This document shows positions 25,038-38,830 of a stretch of 64,000 bases of DNA, one piece after another. The notes under the pieces were generated by a model, which was given only the letters and a program-made list of their open reading frames with translations, was not told the DNA's origin and searched no databases. A program made the position numbers and the translations under genes. The stretch's first letter is position 1, and every line of letters starts with the position of its first letter. The stretch is from Macrostomum lignano (taxonomy: Eukaryota): the NCBI GenBank assembly GCA_002269645.1, contig NIVC01000076.1:1-64000 (forward strand), read 5' to 3'.

Positions 25038-25409
25038 TCAGATTGGTTGCCTAGTAACCGCAGGCTGGTACAGACACGAGTCGGGATCGGGCAGAGACAC
25101 GCACGTGTCATCCTCCTCATCAGACGGGTACAGACTCTGATAGGCGCTCACCAGCTGCTGAAATGGCGGCGGCGGCGGCGGTGGTGGCGGAGGAGGCGGC
25201 GGAGGAGGCGGCGGCGGAGGCTGCACAGTCTGGTCAGAGCCTGATGATGTGGGAGTCAGTCCCCATGGAGACACGAAAGACTGCACGTCGATGGGCTGGC
25301 CGCAGGGGGCGCCGCCGCCGCCGCCGCCGCTGATGCCGGCGCCGCTGCTGGAGCCCACAATGTGAGGCAGCGGCGAAGTGGCGATCATGGGCACTCCTGA
25401 CAGGGTGCG
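25038..25409 (-). CDS. ISL: Islet LIM-homeobox protein, last coding exon (Islet-specific C-terminal LIM-binding region, polyPro)
   Basis: Acceptor ccactcacag|cgc. RTLSGVPMIATSP...QPIDVQSFVSPW...FQQLV corresponds to Islet GTPMVAASP...PVEVQSYQPPW...FQQLV. Stop TGA at 25040-25038. Confidence 0.85.
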   Translation of the reverse strand, partial: RTLSGVPMIATSPLPHIVGSSSGAGISGGGGGGAPCGQPIDVQSFVSPWGLTPTSSGSDQTVQPPPPPPPPPPPPPPPPPPPFQQLVSAYQSLYPSDEEDDTCVSLPDPDSCLYQPAVTRQPI

Positions 25410-25484
25410 CTGTGAGTGGAGTGGTCAGGGGGAAATGCCAGCATTATGAGTCATGTCACTATGAGTACGCATCATAAAAATTGC

Positions 25485-26335
25485 CTCTCTCTATCCACAA
25501 CTTGGCGCCTCTCTATCCATAACTTGGCGCCTCTCTATCCATAACTTGGCGCCTCTCTATCCATAACTTGGCGCCTCTCTATCCACAACTTGGCGCCTCT
25601 CTATCCATAACTTGGCGCCTCTCTATCCATAACTTGGCGCCTCTCTATCCATAACTTGGCGCCTCTCTATCCATAACTTGGCGCCTCTCTATCCATAACT
25701 TGGCGCCTCTCTATCCATAACTTGGCGCCTCTCTATCCATAACTTGGCGCCTCTCTATCCATAACTTGGCGCCTCTCTATCCATAACTTGGCGCCTCTCT
25801 ATCCATAACTTGGCGCCTCTCTATCCCTTAACTTGGCGCCTCTCTATCCATAACTTGGCGCCTCTCTATCCATAACTTGGCGCCTCTCTATCCCTTAACT
25901 TGGCGCCTCTCTATCCATAACTTGGCGCCTCTCTATCCATAGCTTGGCGCCTCTCTATCCATAACTTGGCGCCTCTCTGTCCATAACTTGGCGCCTCTCT
26001 ATCCATAGCTTGGCGCCTCTCTATCCATAACTTGGCGCCTCTCTATCCATAACTTGGCGCCTCTCTATCCATAATTTTACGTCTCTCTATCCATGGCTTG
26101 GCGCATCTCTATCCATAGCTTGGCGCCTCTCTATCCATAGCTTGGCGCCTTCTCTATCCATAACTTGGCGCCTCTCTATCCATAACTTGGCGCCTCTCTA
26201 TCCATAACTTGGCGCCTCTCTATCCATAGCTTGGCGCCTCTCTATCCATAACCTGGCGCCTCTCTATTCAAAAATTTAACGTCTCTCTATCCATAATTCA
26301 GCGCCTTCTCTATCTATTTTTGGCGCCCCTCTAGC
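25485..26335. repeat. 22-bp GGCGCC-core minisatellite (ggcgcctctctatccataactt), about 38 copies, Islet intron
   Basis: Direct inspection. Confidence 0.97.
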
Positions 26336-26829
26336 GAAGGAACTCCAAACAGCAACCGCATCAGGAAATAGAAAGATGCTTGCGAAAGCAGAAAGCACCT
26401 GAGATATAGATGGGCCGGGTCACATTTAAAAGGGATAAGATTTTGCTCTCAGGAATTGAAAGCAAATCCTGGTACATTTTTCTGTAGCTAGAGTGATTTT
26501 CTCTCTCGGCGTGTGACAGCGAGTAGCAAATAGGCGAGCGACTCAACTGACTCATTGCGGCTCATCTATTCTATCGCTACAGTGGGGGCCACTTGCGATC
26601 TCTGCAGTATCTTTTTTAGAGAGAGAGAAGAAATGCGCTGTTAAAAAATTCGGAAAGGCGTGAGAGAATTGGCAGCCGTTTAGGCATTCGAAATTCTAAA
26701 AAAAAAGATTTTTTTCCGAAAAGTTGCAAGTTTCTCTTCCCTGTTCGAAAATTCTAACCTGAGTGCGTGTGGTATGGACGAGTTTCTTAATTCGCTCCTT
26801 CAGTTAAACGGGCGGTGACTTAGCCTGGG

Positions 26830-27512
26830 CATCTGGGAGGCGCCCAGCGATTGAGGATCTGGGAGGCTGGTCCAGCAACTGGGGATCATGGGAGACTGGT
26901 CCAGCAACTGAGGATCTGGGAGGCTGGCCCAGCAACTGATGATCTGGGAGGCTGGCCCAGCAACTGAGGATCTGGGAGGCTGGCCCAGCAACTGATGATC
27001 TGGGAGGCTGGCCCAGCAACTGAGGATCTGGGAGGCTGGCCCAGCAACTGAGGATCTGGGAGGCTGGCCCAGCAACTGAGGATCTGGGAGGCTGGCCCAG
27101 CAACTGAGGATCTGCGAGGCTGGCCCAGCAACTGAGGATCTGAGAGGCTGGCCCAGCAACTGAGGATCTGCGAGGCTGGCCCAACAACTGAGGATCTGGG
27201 AGGCTGATCCATCAACTGAGGATGTGGGAGGCTGGCCCAGCAACTGATGATCTGGGAAGCTGGTCCAGCAACTGATGATCTGGGAGGCTGGCCCAACAAC
27301 TGAGGATCTGGGAGGCTGGCCCAGCAACTGAGGATCTGCGAGGCTGGCCCAGCAACTGAGGATCTGAGAGGCTGGCCCAGCAACTGAGGATCTGCGAGGC
27401 TGGCCCAACAACTGAGGATCTGGGAGGCTGATCCATCAACTGAGGATGTGGGAGGCTGGCCCAGCAACTGATGATCTGGGAAGCTGGTCCAGCAACTGAG
27501 GATCTGGGAGGC
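26830..27512. repeat. 28-bp minisatellite (gggaggctggcccagcaactgaggatct), about 24 copies, Islet intron
   Basis: Direct inspection. Confidence 0.96.
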
Positions 27513-27545
27513 TTACACACCTGAGAATACAAAATAGCAAGTTAC

Positions 27546-27916
27546 CTTCTGCTGCTGGTGCTCCATCTGCTTGATGAGGATCTGCTTCTTCTTGTCTTTG
27601 CAGCGCTTATTCTGGAACCAGACCCGGATGACCCTGGGACTCAGGCCGGTCATCTCCACCAGCTGCTCCTTCATCAGCGCGTCCGGTCGCGGATTGGCCG
27701 CATAGCAGGTGCGCAGGGTGTGCAGCTGTTTCTCGTTGAGAACAGTTCGAACTCGAGTTGTCTTGCTATCCTTGCCGGAGCTCTTGTTGCGCTTTGAACT
27801 GCCTCCGCCGGCGCTTTGTTTCGGCAAGGCGCCGCCGCCACCGCCGCCGCTGATGCTGGAGCGGTCGCAGTTCGACTGCGTCTCCGAATTTCCCGACGGG
27901 CTGAGCGAATCCTCAT
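27546..27916 (-). CDS. ISL: Islet LIM-homeobox protein, homeodomain exon
   Basis: Acceptor ttccctcag|at. [59 protein letters not shown] is the diagnostic Islet homeodomain. Donor aag|gtaact. Confidence 0.97.
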
Positions 27917-28654
27917 CTGAGGGAAGAAAAACACAGGCGCGTATTTGTGTCGGTCTGCTTCGAGTAACTCGGAGTGCAGCCTGAACTGGCGCACTTTCAA
28001 GGGCCGAATTGTCTCTCGGCTGAGACAGAAATGCTGAAAGATCGAGAGGTCTGGTCCGGGGTTGGGTAAAATGGCCCGACTGACTGACTGGCTGTCTGTC
28101 TGTCTGGAAGCCCTCGACCTATGCTTGCCACCTCCGCAACCTCCGCAGCCGTCGCCACCGCCGCTGCCGCCGCCGCCGCCGCCGCCGTCCGTCCGTCCGT
28201 CCGTCTCGTTCCTCGATTTTTTCGGGCGCCGCAAATCCTCACGAAAAAAAATCCCTTCATTTTTCCGGGGGGGGGGTCTTTTGGCTGCCGTGCCAGCCTC
28301 CTCCGCTGGCCACCCTTGGCGCCAGGATGGGTCGCCCAAATATCAGAGAGTTTTTTTTTGGAAATTCCGAAACCCACGCAGCTGAATAGAGAGATGGGGA
28401 AGACAGAGAAAGAGAAAAAAGAAAGAATGACCCAAGCCTGAATTACCTGTATTTATAGGTAAGCTTTGGGGCTATGATAATGACTGTCGTGTAGTCTCCT
28501 TGCTTTTTAGAAAAAAAAAAGAAATCGAATTGGCTGGAAAATTGCAGGGGCTCAGGGGGCCGCGGCCCCTCAACAGGGGAGGATGGCAAAAGTTTGAGCC
28601 TCTTAAAGCCTCTCAATGACGCCCCTGAAAGGAAATGGCGCCTCCTCTGGCGCT

Positions 28655-29175
28655 CCCTTTGAAGCATCTCAGGCGCCCCCTTTGAAGCATCTCAGGCGCC
28701 CCCTATAAAGCATCTCAGGCGCCCCCTTTGAAGCATCTCAGGCGCCCCCTTTGAAGCATCTCAGGCGCCCCCTATAAAGCATCTCAGGCGCCCCCTTTGA
28801 AGCATCTCAGGCGCCCCCTTTGAAGCATCTCAGGCGCCCCCTTTGAAGCATCTCAGGCGCCCCCTTTGAAGCATCTCAGGCGCCCCCTTTGAAGCATCTC
28901 AGGCGCCCCCTTTGAAGCATCTCAGGCGCCCCTTTGAAGCATCTCAGGCGCCCCCTTTGAAGCATCTCAGGCGCCCCCTTTGAAGCATCTCAGGCGCCCC
29001 CTTTGAAGCATCTCAGGCGCCCCCTTTGAAGCATCTCAGGCGCCCCCTTTGAAGCATCTCAGGCGCCCCCTTTGAAGCATCTCGGGCGCCCCCTTTGAAG
29101 CATCTCAGGCGCCCCCTTTGAAGCATCTCAGGCACCCCCTTTGAAGCATCTCTAGCGCCACCTTTGAAGCATCTT
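28655..29175. repeat. 23-bp GGCGCC-core minisatellite (gaagcatctcaggcgcccccttt), about 22 copies, Islet intron
   Basis: Direct inspection. It is preceded by the palindrome GGGGCCGCGGCCCC at 28556-28569. Confidence 0.96.
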
Positions 29176-30449
29176 AGACGCCTTCTTCACTCTATCTCTC
29201 TATCTTTCTTAGGTTTTCCTTAGCCAAGCAGATCTCGCATTGCAACTTTCTCCCAGCCTCAGAGAAATGGAGCCGATCCTCAATTGACCCTTCCGGGAGC
29301 TGCTCGCTCTATTCTCTCCCCTCCCCTGCCCCCCTCTCGATCCATTTCCTAATTGACTCTGCAACTGACAGGAACTGCGCCAAAATAAAGCCTGAAGAAG
29401 GGCTTTGGGTGAAGCTGCGGGTTAAAAGCGCCACCCCCCCCCATCACCCAGCGCTACTAACCCGGTGTTAACCTAATCAGGAAGAGGCCCCGCTACCAGA
29501 GCGAGAAGGGGTGAGAAAGAGAGAATGAGGTAGAGGGCCATTCACTAATTCATGAGAACCCCTGCTCTCCTCATCTTGTGTCTATAGGGGGGGGGATTTT
29601 CTGCATCTCTATCCCCTAATTTTTTCTTCTTTTTCCGCCGTCTCTAACCTTGGGCTCCCTCCAAGTCTCTACACGTCCAAGTGGCTCCGGCAGTGCCCAC
29701 CAGAAAAAATTATCCGCAGAAAGTTGGACAGAGACACAGAGAGATTAAAGGGGCCGCAGCCTAGAATTAGTAATTTTTTTGGCAAACGTTTTCTGATGCT
29801 CGAACTATGAAATATTAATTCCCCATTTTGTCCCGACCCCCAAAGATCCCAGGGGGCGGGCATTGAAGTCCAACCTGCAGGCTTGACCTCCTAGGATTTG
29901 AATAAACAGTCTGCCTTCTGGAGGCAACTTGGAAATCTCCGAGATACCTCTGACTGAGTCTGTTTGAAGCAAGTGCGCTTTGAAGTGGCAAAGCTGGCAT
30001 CTGTGTTTGGAGATTCCCGGAGGAAGACTCTCAAAAGTTATTCTTAATTGAGACTTTTAGGGTAGAAGACATTCAAGAGATTCTCAAGGGAGATTCTCGA
30101 AGGAGATTAGATTCTCAAGGGGGTTTTCTTGAGGAAGAATCAATGGAGATTATCTAGGGGAGGAGATTCTATTGGAAGATTTTCTTGAGAACGAGATTCT
30201 CATGGGATGGGAGATTATCTTGGGGATGAGATTCTCAGTCTCATGGGAGATTATTTTGAGGAAGATTCCCAAGGGAATTTTGTGAAAATTTCACGGAGAA
30301 GCTCAGGTAGATTTTAGGGGGGAGGGTGGTCCTTTTTGAGGATAATCTAATTACTATACTTACAAATAAGATAATATAGATGAAATTATCAATGCATATT
30401 CAATGAGAGATACCCATACTCCAGAGAAACATGTCTCTATGCAACTTAC

Positions 30450-30835
30450 CGTCCCGGCTGTCCAGATCCTGCTCGTGAATGCTGTCCCTGCTCCCACTGT
30501 TGTTATTGCTACTGTTGTTGTTGTTGTTGTTGTTGTTGTTTAGCACTTTGGAGCTGTTGTTGTTGTTGTTCAATCCGGAGTTGTTGCTAAAATTGGCCGG
30601 CTCAGAATCAACGGACGGCAGCATGGGGGACTTTGACAACAGCTCCATCGCGTCGAAATCTGCTCGACAGAGGAGACTGTCGTTTCTGACTGCGAACTCT
30701 TCGCCAGGTATGAGTTGCCGGGAACAGGTGTAGCAGCGGAAGCAGTCGATGTGGTACACCTTGGATCTCGCTCTCATCACGAAGTCCGTCTTGGAGAATG
30801 CGATGTCACATTTGGCGCAGCGGTTCGCGAACAGT
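30450..30835 (-). CDS. ISL: Islet LIM-homeobox protein, LIM2 exon plus polyAsn linker
   Basis: Acceptor cccacag|a. (R)[59 protein letters not shown]. Donor g|gtaagt. Confidence 0.95.
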
Positions 30836-30854
30836 CTGTGGGTGGCGTTGAACT

Positions 30855-31865
30855 GGGTCTGATAGATCTGTGCCTGATAGATGTCTGTCTGATAGATGTG
30901 TGCCTGTTGATGTGTGCCTGATAGATGTGTGTCTGATAGATCTGTGCCTGATAGATGTGTGCCTGATAGATGTCTGTCTGATAGATGTGTGTCTGATAGA
31001 TGTGTGCCTGATAGATTTGTGTCTGATAGATGTGTGTCTGATAGATGTGTGCCTGATAGATCTGTGCCTGATAGATGTGTGTCTGTTAGATATGTGTATG
31101 ATAGATGTGTGTCTGATAGATGTGTGTCTGATAGATGTGTGTCTGATAGATGTGTGTCTGATAGATGTTTGCCTGATAGATGTCTGTCTGATAGATGTGT
31201 GTCTGATAAATGTGTGCCTGATAGATGTGTGCCTGATAGATATGTGTCTGATAGATGTGTGTCTGATAGATGTGTGTCTGATAGATGTGTGTCTGATAGA
31301 TGTGTGTCTGATAGATGTGTGCCTGATAGATGTGTGCCTGATAGATGTCTGTCTGATAGATGTGTGTCTGATAGATGTGTGCCTGATAGATTTGTGTCTG
31401 ATAGATGTGTGTCTGATAGATGTGTGCCTGATAGATCTGTCCCTGATAGATGTGTGTCTGTTAGATATGTGTATGATAGATGTGTGTCTGATAGATGTGT
31501 GTCTGATAGATGTGTGTCTGATAGATGTGTGTCTGATATTTCTGTGCCTGATAGATGTGTCTGATATTTCTGTGCCTGATAGATGTGTCTGATAGATCTG
31601 TGCCTGATAGATGTGTCTGATAGATCTGTGCCTGATAGATGTGTGTCTGATAGATGTGTGCCTGATAGATTTGTGTTTGATAGATCTGTGCCTGATAGAT
31701 GTGTGCCTGATAGATGTGTGCCTGATAGATGTGTGCCTGATAGATGTGTGCCTGATAGATGTGTGCCTGATAGATGTGTGCCTGATAGATGTGTGCCTGA
31801 TAGATGTGTGCCTGATAGATCTGTGCCTGATAGATGTGTGTCTGCTAGATGTGTACCTGACAGAC
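30855..31865. repeat. 15-bp minisatellite (tgatagatgtgtgtc / tgatagatgtgtgcc), about 67 copies, with a 375-bp internal duplication
   Basis: The variant marker ttagatatgtgtatgataga occurs at 31086 and 31461. Confidence 0.96.
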
Positions 31866-32371
31866 ATGATTTAGAGTGTCCTATACTTGCAGATCTGGGT
31901 GTGACTTGAAACAGGTCTCGCCCAGCATTCCCATTGAGGTTAGGAAAACCATTGAATTCTGTTTCAGCCAATTTCTCCCAGCTTGCCTGGACAAGAAATC
32001 CATACAGCAGCTCGCGTGCCAACAGAGCATTCAGAGGTCTATGCAGGCTACAGCTATCACAGACGGATGAAATCACGTTTTGTCCACCTATTCTCGCTCC
32101 CAATTACTCACTGATAGCACAACGAATCAGTCATTATCTGCATTTGATTTGGCAAATTATTTTCTTAAAGCATTCGAGCCGATGCGGGTTTTAAAATTGT
32201 ATTGAATTTTGCCGTTGAGATTTAGTAGCTATTGAGCCGGTTGAAATGCTAATATACGAGTACAACCTATGCATGCATTTAGCTGACTGATAATGCTAAA
32301 CATCATGGAATTGTTAGCGCTGCTAAGAGCAAGAATTAAGATAGAATTGACGCAGCTCAATAGATATGGAG

Positions 32372-32880
32372 TTAGGGAGAGAAGTAGAGAGAGATTGGGA
32401 GAGAGGTAGAGAGACTGAGAGAGAGGTGGAGAGAGACTGAGAGAGAGAGAGGTGAAGAGAGACTGAGAGAGAGGTGAAGAGAGACTGAGAGAGAGAGAGG
32501 TGAAGAGAGACTGAGAGAGAGGTAGAGATAGACAGAGAGAGGTAGAGAGAGACTGAGAGAGGTAGAGAGAGACATAGAGAGGTGGAGAGAGAGGTGGAGA
32601 GAGACTGAGAGAGAAGTGGAGAGAGACTGAGAGATGAAGAGAGACTAAAAGAGAGGTGGAGAGAGGCTGAGAGAGAGGTAGAGAGAGACAGAGAGAGGTG
32701 AAGAGAGACTGAGAGAGAGGTAGAGAGAGACTAAGAGAGAGGTGAAGAGAGACTGAGAGAGAGGTAGAGATAGACAGAGAGAGGTAGAGAGAGACTGAGA
32801 GAGGTAGAGAGAGACAGAGAGAGGTGGAGAGAGACTGAGAGAGAGGTGAAGAGATTGGGAGAGAGATAGAGATGGTAGAG
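32372..32880. repeat. GA-rich degenerate repeat (gagagactgagagagaggt), Islet intron
   Basis: Direct inspection. Confidence 0.9.
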
Positions 32881-34234
32881 ATTATGGATGAGACGAGAAG
32901 AATTGTGGGAGAGGCAGGCAAAGCTGGGCAGTGTATTAACAGCTAATATTTCAAGATGAGATGTGCAAAGAGTGCAGAGTTAAAGCATTTCAGCTCACCG
33001 CAGTTCAAGTAACAGATGGGGCAGCTAAGCCCAGCCCCAAGCAAAATCAGAGAGGAATTAAGAGGGAAAATTCAGGTGCTGTGGCAGCTTGATTTCTCTT
33101 CCCTACTCAAGTAAGCGGGAGCACACTAACCCATAGTGTGAGAACTATTTGAGCCATAATCCCTTTCTGGTTAAGCTGGTGCAGTATTGTTAATCCTTAT
33201 TCACGCCCTCAGTTTCCGGATCCCATGCATCCTGTAACACAGACTCCCGGTGCAGTGACTCCGCGTTACTTAACGGTTATTAGTATTATTAGTGAACTGT
33301 TATTCTATTTGGCTACCTACCACTATTTTAACAATTAAAACTACAACTTATTAGAATTATTTATTACAAATAAATACAGCATAGAATACCTACCACTGAG
33401 TATCTTCTCTAGCCGATAATTTCAGCGAAGCAGCTAAGAAACTGGCACAGCAGGGGGCCTCTCTAAAGCAGTGGCCGACAGTGAGAAGATCATCGTTTTC
33501 TGCCCCAATGCCTCGCTTGAGCCCTGCACGCGCCGACCCAGTGGAGCCTGAATAACCTCTTGTTCAGCAAGCAGCCTCCAAAGGCTACTCACGGTGCCCG
33601 CATCCACTTGTTGCTAATAATTAAACTGCTCAATAAGAATCTTCTTTGAGCACAAATCTCTAATTTTTTCTCTTAGATATTTATAACAGGGGGGTGGCGC
33701 GGTGCTGACATTCCCAAGACAATCTGTGTGGTCCGGCACTGCTCTCAGTGTTCTCAGTGCTGCTGTAAAACTACTATTGTCTACTAATTAGGCCAAGTGT
33801 GTTCTGCCAGCTGGTCCAGGGCGCCCATGACCTGCAACTTCTGCAACTCGCACACGAGCACCTGTCAATCAATCAAAATCTCTCGTTTTTGTTCTTTTTT
33901 CCCCGCCTCTCAGCTTTTCAGTGAAATCAACAACAGCAGCAGCAGGAATAAAGACGGCCCGAGTGAAACTGAAGCGTGTAAAATTGCAAATTACAGAGTG
34001 CCGGAAGCTGAGCAATGGATGATGATGCCGATTGCTGCCACGACCATTTGACATTTTCTTTGATCCTGTTTTTCCCTATCGATTCTATTTTGTCGCTAGT
34101 CTTTAATAAATCACACAAGTTTTTTTATTTGCGTATGATACCCCTCGGCTCAGTTCAGCTTGATGCTAATTACAGTAATTAATGGTTCTTGACGGCGGCA
34201 ACAATCTTCGCATAGTAAGCAGGCAGCTACCTCT

Positions 34235-34665
34235 CGCCTCGCCCTCTGTCTCTGTCTACCTCTCACTCTAGATAGGCGCTCTCTGCCTACCTCTCACCTA
34301 GATCTCTGTCTACCTCTTACCCTAGATTTCTGTCTACCTCTCACCCTAGATCTCTGTCTACCTCTTACCCTAGATTTCTGTCTGTAGACCTCTCACCCTA
34401 GATCTCTGTCTACCTCTCACCCTAGATCTCTGTCTACCTCTTACCCTAGATCTCTGTCTACCTCTCACCCTAGATTTCTGTCTACCTCTTACCCTAGATT
34501 TCTGTCTGTAGACCTCTCACCTAGATCTCTGTCTACCTCTCACCCTAGATAGGCGCTTCTGTCTACCTCTCCACCCTCGATAGACTCTCTCTGTCTACTT
34601 TTCGCCCTCGATAGATGCTCTCTGTCTACCTCTCGCTCTTTTTGTCTACCTCTCACCCTGGATAG
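34235..34665. repeat. About 24-bp minisatellite (ctctgtctacctctcaccctagat), Islet intron
   Basis: Direct inspection. Confidence 0.9.
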
Positions 34666-34775
34666 GTGGTCTCGGCCTTCCTCTCGGCCGTAATGGATCA
34701 CACATGATTTTACTTATCTCCCCCTAGATAGTCTATCACCCCGCCATCATAGATATCCCATCCCAGAAGTCTAAC

Positions 34776-35200
34776 CTGCAATAGTCGGCCTTGCAGTAGG
34801 TTTTTCCATCACGAACATAGCAGGTCCTGGCTTCGTTTAGCTCAGCCGAGCACTCGGCGCATTTCAAACACCTGGCGTGCCACTCCAGGTCGGGCTGCAC
34901 CCGCAAAATGTAGGGATCGGTGATGACGTCACCGCAGCCTGCGCACAGAGAGCACATGGGAGCAGGGAGGCGACTCGGTGTGGAGTGATCCCGATTGTAC
35001 TCAGATAAATAGTGCAGCGACTGGGATGTTGGCATGAGAGGCTGCGGCGGCTGCTGCTGCTGCTGCTGCTGCTGCGGTGGTAGAAGAGGCAGAAGGGGCA
35101 GCGGCTGATGCTGCGACTGCGGTGGACCAGCTGGCATTGGTGGCTGCTGCTGCTGCTGTTGTTGCTGCTGTTGCTGCTGAGTCTGAGTTCCTGGTCTCAT
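34776..35200 (-). CDS. ISL: Islet LIM-homeobox protein, first identified coding exon (polyGln N-terminus + LIM1)
   Basis: ATG at 35200, just after an acceptor-like tactgcag|gc, so an upstream exon may exist. [56 protein letters not shown] is LIM1. Donor ag|gttaga. The four exons total 1554 nt = 517 aa + stop with consistent phases. Confidence 0.92.
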
Positions 35201-35666
35201 GCCTGCAGTACAAAGGTAAAGATGAAGGTAATACAGTTTGAGTCTGATAGGCTTGGTGCAACCAAGTTGACTCATAATGATAATTCTGTTGTCCATTTAC
35301 TGTTTCAATAGCTTTATGCATACGAGTATAACTTCGCTGCGCATTAACTAGAAATTGAATCACGCAACTTTACAAGCCTCGCGGCAAAACCCGATGAGAA
35401 CTGTACAATTGATGGTTCAGCGCGTACCGTGAGAGACTTCACTATTAACTGGGCATTATTTTAATTAGGATTTTGGCCACAACCAGAAATCTGGAGGAGG
35501 AAATAAATGTTCGATGCAAGACCCGCAGTTAAAGTTTGCGTTCGAATCACGCACAGTTTCATGTGCTTTCTCTGCGGATAGGGATGCCAGGCATGCAGGT
35601 ATTGTGAGCTCGCTGACTGCGAGGCAAACTGGTTAGATTAAATTAATTAGATATATGGATTTTTAG

Positions 35667-37445
<1,779 letters not shown>

Positions 37446-38004
37446 AATTCCTACCTTCCAGTGCTCCAATAGTCATAGCTGCAATCGCGGCTCCGTAGAA
37501 GCCTTGTTAATCCTCGGTCGCACCTTCCAGACAGAGAAGCGGGGTCAGGTTTTATCGATATGCTCTTCAATGGGGCTGCTGTAGCGTCGTTCAGCTCAAC
37601 CTGCAGTTCTGGCTATTCTTCTCCTCAGCTCCGTTCGAATCCTCAATTCATATTTTATTTCGCTGCTGTGGGGGGCAAACAGCGCCTCTGTCTCCACCCC
37701 AGACTAAAAGGCTTTACACATCCAGGCCCACCCCAGCCGCCATCCTCCTCCGAGGGGATGCCTCATTCCCCTTCGCCAGTCCCCTCGTCGTCGAATAGCC
37801 GAGCAGACCTCTGAGGAGCGGGGACAGCGGGCTGGCTGAGGCAACAGCAGGGTTGGCATTGGCTGGCTGGCCTGGCGGCGACGGCTTTGGGAGCGGCTCA
37901 GCCAATGGCAGGCGAACTGACCCCAGGAAGGGTAGTGCAGCTTCTGGCTGGCACTGGGACTGCGGCTCCGCTTTCACTGAGCTGGATCTGTCACCGACCT
38001 CTAC

Positions 38005-38830
38005 TCTCAGCCTCTCTGAACTCCCAGGTTCCTCTCTCATATCTCTGATCTCTCAGGTTCTCCTCTCTAATCTCTTCTCATCTCTCAGGTTCCTCTCTCA
38101 TATCTCTGATCTCCCAGGTTCCTCTCTCATCTCTTCTCATCTCTCAGGTTCCTCTCTCATATCTCTGATCTCCCAGGTTCCTCTCTCATCTCTTCTCATC
38201 TCTCAGGTTCCTCTCTCATATCTCTGATCTCCCAGGTTCCTCTCTCATCTCTTCTCATCTCTCAGGTTCCTCTGATCTCTCAGATTCCTTAGGTTCCTCT
38301 CTCATCTCTGCTCATCTTTCAGGTTCCTCTTTCATCTCTTCTCATCTCTCAGGTTCCTCTGATCTCTCAGATTCCTTAGGTTCCTCTTTCATCTCTGCTC
38401 ATCTTTCAGGTTCCTCTTTCATCTCTTCTCATCTCTCAGGTTCCTCTGATCTCTCAGATTCCTTAGGTTCCTCTTTCATCTCTTTTCATCTCTCAGGTTC
38501 CTCTCTCATATCTCTGATCTCCCAGGTTCCTCTCTCATCTCTTCTCATCTCTCAGGTTCCTCTCTCATATCTCTGATCTCCCAGGTTCCTCTCTCATCTC
38601 TTCTCATCTCTCAGGTTCCTCTGATCTCTCAGATTCCTTAGGTTCCTCTTTCATCTCTGCTCATCTTTCAGGTTCCTCTTTCATCTCTTCTCATCTCTCA
38701 GGTTCCTCTGATCTCTCAGATTCCTTAGGTTCCTCTTTCATCTCTTCTCATCTCTCAGGTTCCTCTGATCTCTCAGCTTTCTTAGGTTCCTCTCTCATCT
38801 CTTCTCATCTCTCAGGTTCCTCACTGATCT
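38005..38830. repeat. Composite pyrimidine-rich minisatellite (tcaggttcctctctcatctcttctcatctc and variants)
   Basis: Direct inspection. Confidence 0.92.

Noticed and set aside
27517-27545. 25-nt micro-intron plus 4-nt micro-exon after the Islet homeodomain exon (gtaac...ttctcag|gtgt|gtaagc)
   Set aside because: The intron is implausibly short and inclusion would shift the frame. The direct phase-0 join to 25409 restores the conserved Islet sequence.
37500-37960. Upstream coding exon of Islet
   Set aside because: The donor-like aag|gtgcga near 37522 has an in-frame stop shortly upstream in the phase needed. At most it is a 5' UTR exon, and that is unsupported.
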